Notes under the pieces: generated by a model | Seen by the model: the letters and a program-made list of their open reading frames with translations, nothing else | Told to the model about the DNA's origin: nothing | Databases searched by the model: none | Part shown: piece after piece, positions 16,743 through 23,600 of the stretch | Numbering within the stretch: position 1 is the first letter of the stretch | Layout: each line of letters opens with the position of its first letter | Assembly: GCA_039933435.1 (NCBI GenBank) | Contig: JBDTOB010000002.1 | Span: 1-32,500 of the forward strand | Length of the DNA stretch: 32,500 bases | Direction: 5' to 3' | DNA from: Acidobacteriota bacterium | Lineage (GTDB): Bacteria > Acidobacteriota > Vicinamibacteria > Vicinamibacterales > 2-12-FULL-66-21 | Translations under genes and position numbers: made by a program

Positions 16743-18857
16743 GTGACGAAACCCGATCATCCGGCGGTGGCCCCCAGGCAGTACGTGGTGCCATCGAGGC
16801 GGCGCTGGCCGGTCCTGATGCTGCTGGTGGCAGCGGCGCTGGCGGCGCTCGCGGCCGCGATCGTCTGGAGCGGCCGCCACCCGCTGGCCTCTCCCGGGCC
16901 GCTGGCGCCGGTCCACGCGGCCCTGGCGGGTCAACCGTGCGAGGCGTGCCATCGCATTGGCGGCACCGCGGCCGGCGTCGGCGACCTGCGCTGCGTCCGG
17001 TGCCATGCGCAGGGAGGCGGCCTCCGCCTCGAGCTGACCGCCCACGCCGGCAGCGTCGCCCGGTCGGCGGCGGGGTCCGGCGCTGATGCCGGGTGCGCAT
17101 CGTGTCACGAGGACCATCGCGGCGCCCGGACGCGCATCGCGGCGGCACCGGACCGGCAGTGCGTCAGCTGCCATGCCATGTCCTCGATGTCGCGCCACCC
17201 GGAGATCGCCGCACGGGCCGCCGGCGCCGCCACCGGGGAGGGGCTGCACTTCTCGCACGAGCGGCATCTGCGGGAGATCCGCCCGGCGTCCGGCAACGCC
17301 TGCCTGACCTGTCACGAACGGCGCGCGGACGCCGCGTTCTTTCTTCCGCTGGCGTTCGACCGGCACTGCGCCTCGTGTCACGAAAAGAACGACCGCCTCG
17401 AGTCTCCCGCGAACCCGGTCGATCCGCAGCTGCTGCTGCCGGTGGCCGCCGGTGCGAAGGGCCCGGCGCTGGTCGCGGCCGAGCGCGGCCGCCTGCAGGC
17501 CGTCGGCCTGCAGCACCGCGATCCCTGGGTGCTCGACAACCTTCGGCGCCTGCGGCGCGCGCTCGATCCCCCCGGTGTCGCCGGCGAGCGACTGGTCACC
17601 GAACAGTCCATCCGGGCGCTCGAAGCGGAGATCGCCGCCGCTGAAGCCGGTCGCCTGCCGCAGGAGCGCGCCGCGCTCGCCGCCGAGCGCGACCGCCTGC
17701 GCGCGGAGGTGGCCGAGCTCGACACGCTGGTCACCCCGGGAGGCGACGGCCGGCAGCCGCGTCCGGCGCTCGACACGCTGAAGACCGAGATCGACGCGCT
17801 GACGCCGGCTCCTGAATTGCGCCCACCGTCGCCGGCCGCATCCGGGATGCCGGCCCTCGCGTCAATCCCGGGTGACCAGCGGCGGCGTGAGCGCCTGCTG
17901 GCGCTGCTCGATGCCGTGTCCGAGCGCGGCGGGCCTGGCCTCACCGCCGCTGCCGCGGACCTGCGCCGGCAACTGCTGGCGCTGCCGGCGGAGAGGGGCG
18001 CCGACAGCGCAGACGCGGCCGCTCGCCTCCAAGTGCTGGACGGCGCCGCGGAGCGGCTCTCCGCGATGCCCGACCGCGGGGCAGCTGAGGCCGCCGCGGC
18101 GATCGCCGCACTGGCGGCACCGGCGGCAGAACGCCTGGCGGCGCGGCTGCCAGCCGCCAGCGCCGCCGCACGCGGTGTCCAGCTGGCTCGCCTGCTCGAG
18201 GCCGTGGCGGCCCGCGATCCGCGGCTCGCGACCCGGGTGGCGATTCTGCGCGACGCGCTTTCGGGCCTCGACCTCGGCGCCGACGGCCCCGCCTCGCTGC
18301 GCAGGCTGCGCGACCTGCAGCGGCGGTCACTCGAGCGACTGGATCTCGAACTCGAGCTCCACGACACCGTCCGGCTGCCGCAGGAGATGCCGGCGCCGCC
18401 GCGGCTGCAGGCGGCGCTGACCTCGATGCGGGACCGGCTGGTCGAGGCGCGCACGCATCTCGCGGCGATTGACGAGGGCGCACGGCTGCCGCCGCTGCCG
18501 CCCGCGGCCTCCCGCGAGGATCTGTCGCGCGCCGCCGCGGCGGTGGCGGCCGGCTGCGTCAAATGCCACGACGTCGAACGCGGCTGGCTGATGCCGGTCA
18601 CGGCCGCCAGACCGCGGCTCTCTCACGCGGCCTTCTCGCACGCGCCGCACACCGACCGCGTCGCCTGCGGCACGTGCCATCAGGACATCACGCGCAGCAC
18701 CCTGGCGTCAGACGCGAACGTGCCAGCCATCTCGACCTGCGCCACCTGCCACGGCACCCGCGCCGCGCCGGCGCGGTGCATCACCTGCCACCGCTATCAT
18801 CCGCCGCAGGGGCCGGAAGGTGGCTCCGTGTCGTGGACGGTGGCCGGACGTTTCTGA
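16743..18857 (+). CDS. membrane-anchored decahaem c-type cytochrome (c3-family-like haem modules) with long internal spacer
   Basis: Frame of ORF 16674-18857. The likely start is GTG 16743, 1 nt after the upstream stop. An in-frame start further downstream, before the TM anchor WPVLMLLVAAALAALAAAIVW, is possible. Ten CxxCH motifs: CEACH, CVRCH, CASCH, CVSCH, CLTCH, CASCH, then a gap, then CVKCH, CGTCH, CATCH, CITCH. FSHxxH motifs are also present (HFSHERH, AFSHAPH). Confidence 0.8.
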   Translation: MTKPDHPAVAPRQYVVPSRRRWPVLMLLVAAALAALAAAIVWSGRHPLASPGPLAPVHAALAGQPCEACHRIGGTAAGVGDLRCVRCHAQGGGLRLELTAHAGSVARSAAGSGADAGCASCHEDHRGARTRIAAAPDRQCVSCHAMSSMSRHPEIAARAAGAATGEGLHFSHERHLREIRPASGNACLTCHERRADAAFFLPLAFDRHCASCHEKNDRLESPANPVDPQLLLPVAAGAKGPALVAAERGRLQAVGLQHRDPWVLDNLRRLRRALDPPGVAGERLVTEQSIRALEAEIAAAEAGRLPQERAALAAERDRLRAEVAELDTLVTPGGDGRQPRPALDTLKTEIDALTPAPELRPPSPAASGMPALASIPGDQRRRERLLALLDAVSERGGPGLTAAAADLRRQLLALPAERGADSADAAARLQVLDGAAERLSAMPDRGAAEAAAAIAALAAPAAERLAARLPAASAAARGVQLARLLEAVAARDPRLATRVAILRDALSGLDLGADGPASLRRLRDLQRRSLERLDLELELHDTVRLPQEMPAPPRLQAALTSMRDRLVEARTHLAAIDEGARLPPLPPAASREDLSRAAAAVAAGCVKCHDVERGWLMPVTAARPRLSHAAFSHAPHTDRVACGTCHQDITRSTLASDANVPAISTCATCHGTRAAPARCITCHRYHPPQGPEGGSVSWTVAGRF

Positions 18858-18940
18858 TATAACCTCGGCTCTGCTCGCAGGATCCCGCCCGAAGGCGCGC
18901 CACGGCGGCGCCACGGCCGTGCCTACCGGGTTGAACGACT

Positions 18941-20650
18941 GTGACAGCCACACACATCACTTTTCAGGACGTTTTTCGTGAGCGCGCGGCACTTGCCCCG
19001 GACAAGCGCGCCTACACCTTCCTCGGCGATGGGGAACAGGTGTCGGCGACGCTCACCTATCGCGAGCTGGACGCACAGGCGCGCGTCATCGCCGCGGCGC
19101 TGCAGCAGCACGGCGCCGGCCGCGGCCGCGCCCTGCTGCTGTATCCTCCGGGCCTCGACTTCGTGGGTGCCTTCATGGGCTGCCTGTATGCCGGGGTCAC
19201 GGCCATTCCGGCATATCCTCCCCACCCGACGCGTCTCGAACGCACCCTGCCACGCCTGCTGTCGATCGTCGCCGACGCCGGTCCGGTCGCCGTGCTCACC
19301 ACCGGAAAGCTGCTCGACGGGCTGGCGCGCTCGCGGCCGCTGCCCGCCCCGCTCGAGGCGCTGTCCTGGATCGGCACCGACCTCCCCGGTTCGCCCGGCG
19401 CCCCCTTCCGCGAGCCCGGCCTCGGCTCCGACGCCGTCGCCTTCCTGCAGTACACCTCCGGGTCGACCTCCGACCCGAAGGGCGTGATGGTGACCCATGC
19501 CAACCTGCTGCACAACGAAACGCTGATCCAGCGGGCGTTCCGCCACGATGCCTCCACCGTTGTCGTGGGATGGCTGCCGCTGTACCACGACATGGGACTC
19601 ATCGGCAATCTGCTGCAGCCTATCTTCCTGGGCGGATCGTGCATCATGATGCCGCCGCTCGCGTTCCTGCAGCAGCCCATCCGCTGGCTCCGCGCCGTCA
19701 GCGCGTTCCGCGCCACCACCAGCGGCGGGCCGAACTTCGCCTACGAGCTCTGCACCCGCAAAGTCACCGAGGCCCAGCGTGCCACGCTCGACCTCGGCGG
19801 CTGGCACATCGCCTTCAACGGCGCGGAGCCGGTCCGCGCCGAGACGCTGGCGCGTTTCGCCGAGGCGTTCCAGCCCTGCGGCTTCCGGCGGAGCGCCTTC
19901 CTGCCCTGCTACGGCCTGGCGGAGGGCACGCTTTACGTCTCCGGCGACGAACGCCGCGACCTCGGCGCCGAACTGCGCGACGTCGACGCCCGGGCGCTCG
20001 GCGCCAACCTGCTCGCCCCGGCAGCCGCCGCTGCTGATGCGCGTTCGCTGGTCGGCTGCGGACAGAGCCCCCCGGAACAGGAGGTGGTGGTCGTCGATCC
20101 CGACACCCTGCACGAGGCCGAGGACGGGCGGGTTGGAGAGATCTGGGTGGCGGGCCCGAGCGTCGCCGCCGGCTACTGGAATCGCCCCGAGGCCACCGCG
20201 CAGACGTTCGGCGCGCGGCTGCCCGACGGCCGCGGCCCCTTTCTCCGCACCGGCGACCTGGGCTTCCTCTCTGACGGGCAACTCTTCGTCACCGGGCGGC
20301 AGAAGGATCTGATCGTCATCCGCGGGCAGAACTATTACCCGCAGGACATCGAGCTGACCGCCGAGGACAGCCATCCGGCGATCATGACCGCCGGTGCCGC
20401 CGCCTTCTCCGTCGAGGCCGACGATGGCGAGCAGCTGGTCGTGCTCGTGGAGGTGAACCGCCGCTACCGCGCCGCCGGCGGTGGAACCCTCGATCTCCCG
20501 GACATCCTGCGCGCGATCCGGCTCGCCGTCACCGACGAACATCAGCTGCAGCCGTGGGCGGTTCTGGCGCTCGATGCCTCCAGCATTCCGAAGACCTCGA
20601 GCGGCAAGGTCCGGCGGCATCTCTGCAGGCGGATGTTCCTGGAAGGGGGA
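18941..20650 (+). other. PKS domain: fatty acyl-AMP ligase (FAAL)-type adenylation domain
   Basis: N-terminus ITFQDVFRERAALAPDKRAYTFLGDGE. LQYTSGSTSDPKGVMVTHANLL. TGDLGFLSDGQLFVTGRQKDLIVIRGQNYYPQDIE. KTSSGKVRR. Domain borders are approximate. Confidence 0.85.
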
Positions 20651-23600
20651 TTCGAGGCGCTGGCAGAGTGGCGGTTCGCGGAGACTCCGGCGGACACGCC
20701 GCAGACGCCGCGGACTGTCGAGGCACCGGCACGCGAAGCCGCGACGCCTGACGTCGAGGCCATCCGGGCCTGGCTCATCGCCGAGCTGTCGGGCCGCCTC
20801 CGGGTCCCGGCGTCCGCGATCGACATCCGGGAGCCGTTCGCCAGCTACGGGCTCGATTCGAAGGAGGCCGCGATCCTCTCCGGTTCGCTCGAGGTCTGGC
20901 TTGGCCGCAGCCTGACGCCCACCCTGGCCTACGAATACCCGACGATCGAGAAGCTGGCGCGCCACCTTGCCGGAGATCCGGCGCCGCTGGCGGTGCAGAG
21001 TCCCGACGCCGCGAGGACGCCCGGTGATGCCGTGGCGATCATCGGCATCGGCTGCCGGTTTCCCGGCGCCGACGGCCCGGCGGCGTTCTGGTCGCTGCTC
21101 CGCGGCGGCGTCGACGCCATCACCGAGGTGCCGCCGGAGCGCTGGGCGATTGACGAGCTCTACGACCCCGATCGCACGGCCGCCGGCCGCGTCACGACGC
21201 GGTGGGGCGGATTCCTGCGCGACGTCGATCAGTTCGACCCCCAATTCTTCGGCATCGCTCCGCGCGAGGCGGCGCGGATGGATCCGCAGCAGCGGGTGAT
21301 TCTGGAAGTGGCCTGGTCGGCCCTCGAGGATGCCGGCCAGACCCGCGAGCGCACCGCGGGGACCCGCACCGGCGTCTTCCTCGGCATCTCGACCGCCGAT
21401 TACAGCCGCATGCAGATGGCGGATCGCGACGCCATCGATGCGTATGTCGGCACCGGCAGCGCCTTCAGCGTCGCCGCCAACCGCCTGTCCTACCTCATGG
21501 ACTGGCGCGGACCGAGCCTCGCGGTCGACACTGCCTGCTCCTCGTCGCTGGTCGCGCTCCACCTTGCCTGCGACAGCCTGCTGAGCGGCGAATCGACGCT
21601 GGCCCTCGCGGGCGGCGTCAACCTGATCCTGGCGCCGGACGTCACCATCAATTTCAGCCGCGCCGGGGTGATGTCGCCCGACGGCCGGTGCAAGGCCTTC
21701 GACGCGGGCGCCAACGGCTACGTGCGCAGCGAGGGGGCGGGCATCGTCGTCCTCAAGCCGCTGTCGCGCGCGCTCGCGGATCACGATCCCATCTACGCCG
21801 TCGTCCGGGGCACGGCCGTCGGCCAGGATGGCCGCACCAACGGCCTGATGGCGCCCAGCCGTGAAGCCCAGGAGGACGTCGTGCGCCGCGCCTACCAGCG
21901 GGCCGGCATCCTGCCGGGACGGGCCGACTACGTCGAGGCGCACGGCACCGGCACCCTGCTCGGCGATCCGATCGAGGCCGCGGCCCTTGGCGCCGTCATG
22001 GCCGAAGGGCGCGCGCCGGGGGCTCCCTGCGCGATCGGCTCGGTCAAAACGAACATCGGTCATACCGAGGCGGCGGCCGGCATCGCCGGTGTCATCAAGG
22101 TCGCGCTCTCGCTCCGCCACGGGCAGATCCCGCCGAGCCTCCATTTCCAGACGGCCAACCCGCATATTCCCTTCGATCGCCTGCCGCTGCGGGTGCAGTC
22201 GGAGCTCTCGGCGTGGCCGGAGCGGCCGACGCCTCATGTCGCCGGCGTCAGCTCGTTCGGGTTCGGCGGCGCCAACGCCCACGTCGTGCTCGAAGCGGCG
22301 CCGGCCAGCCCGGAAATGGCGCCCGCCGCGGCGGAGGTGCCGTCGATCCTGCCGCTGTCGGGCCACAACGCCGAGGCGCTCCGCGGCATGGCCGAGGCCT
22401 GGCGGCGCCATCTGGCATCGGACACGCTCGAAGGGATCGCTCACGCCGACGTCTGCGCCGCGGCCGCGCATCGCTGCCACCACCACGACCACCGCCTGGC
22501 AATCGTCTCGCGGACTCGCGGCGAGCTCGGCGAGCGCCTCGACGCCTACCTGGCGGGCGAGGCCCGCCCCGGCATGATCGCCGGCCGCGCCAGCGCCCGG
22601 CAGCACAAGGTGGTGTTCGTATTCCCCGGGCAGGGATCGCAGTGGCACGGCATGGGGCGTGAGCTCTACCGCCACCAGCCGGTCTTCCGCGAGGCGCTCG
22701 ATCGCTGCGACGCCGCCATCGAGCCGATCGCCCGCTTCTCGGTGCGGCAGGTGCTTCTCGACGACGCCGACCTCGCGGCGCGAGGGATCGACGTCGTCCA
22801 GCCCGTGCTGTTCGCCGTGGAAGTCGCGCTGGCCGCCCTCTGGCGTTCGTTCGGCGTCGAGCCAGCGGCCGTGGTCGGGCACAGCATGGGCGAGGTGGCG
22901 GCGGCGCAAGTGGCCGGAATTCTCTCGCTCGACGACGCCGCGGCCGTCATCTGCCACCGCAGTCTGCTGCTGCGGTCGGTGGGCGGTCGCGGGGCGATGG
23001 CGCTGGTCGAGCTGACGCGTGAGGAGGCGGCGGCCGCGATTGCGGGGCTCGAGGACCGGCTCGCGATCGCCGTCAGCAACAGTCCCCGGTCCACCGTCCT
23101 CTCGGGCGACCCGGAGGCGCTGCAGCAGGTGACCGCCGCGCTCGACGCGCGCGACGTGTTCTGCAGCCCGATCAACGTCGACGTCGCCTCGCACAGCCCG
23201 CAGATGGATCCGCTCTGTCCGCCGCTGCGCCAGGCCCTGGAGGGCATCACCCCGTCCGCGGCGGCGATCCCGATGCTCTCGACCGTCGCCGGCGGGTGGC
23301 TCGACGGCGCCTCGGCCGGGGCCGGGTACTGGGTTCGCAACCTGCGCGAACCGGTCCTGTTTGCCGGCGCGGTGGCGGAGCTGATCGACCAGGGCTACGA
23401 CACCTTCGTCGAGGTCAGCCCGCACCCGGTCCTGCTCATCCCGATGGAGGAGGCGCTCAAGAGCGCCGGCAGAGGGGCGATGGCGGTGGCGTCCTGCCGC
23501 CGGCACGACGACTGGGCGCTGCTGGCCGGCGTTGCTGCGCTGCACACCACCGGACATCCGATTCGATGGGAGACGCTCGGCGGGCCTCCATCCGGCCGCC

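Noticed and set aside
17378-18601. A 407-aa Ser/Ala/Arg-rich minus-strand ORF opposite the spacer of the decahaem cytochrome.
   Set aside because: It is the mirror image of a low-complexity Ala/Arg/Leu coding region. It has no start context and no motifs, and the plus frame is continuous with haem-binding modules on both sides.
18870-18900. A small hairpin CGCC-CGAA-GGCG downstream of the decahaem gene, considered as a possible terminator.
   Set aside because: The stem is only 4 bp and no T-run follows. It is not credible as an intrinsic terminator.
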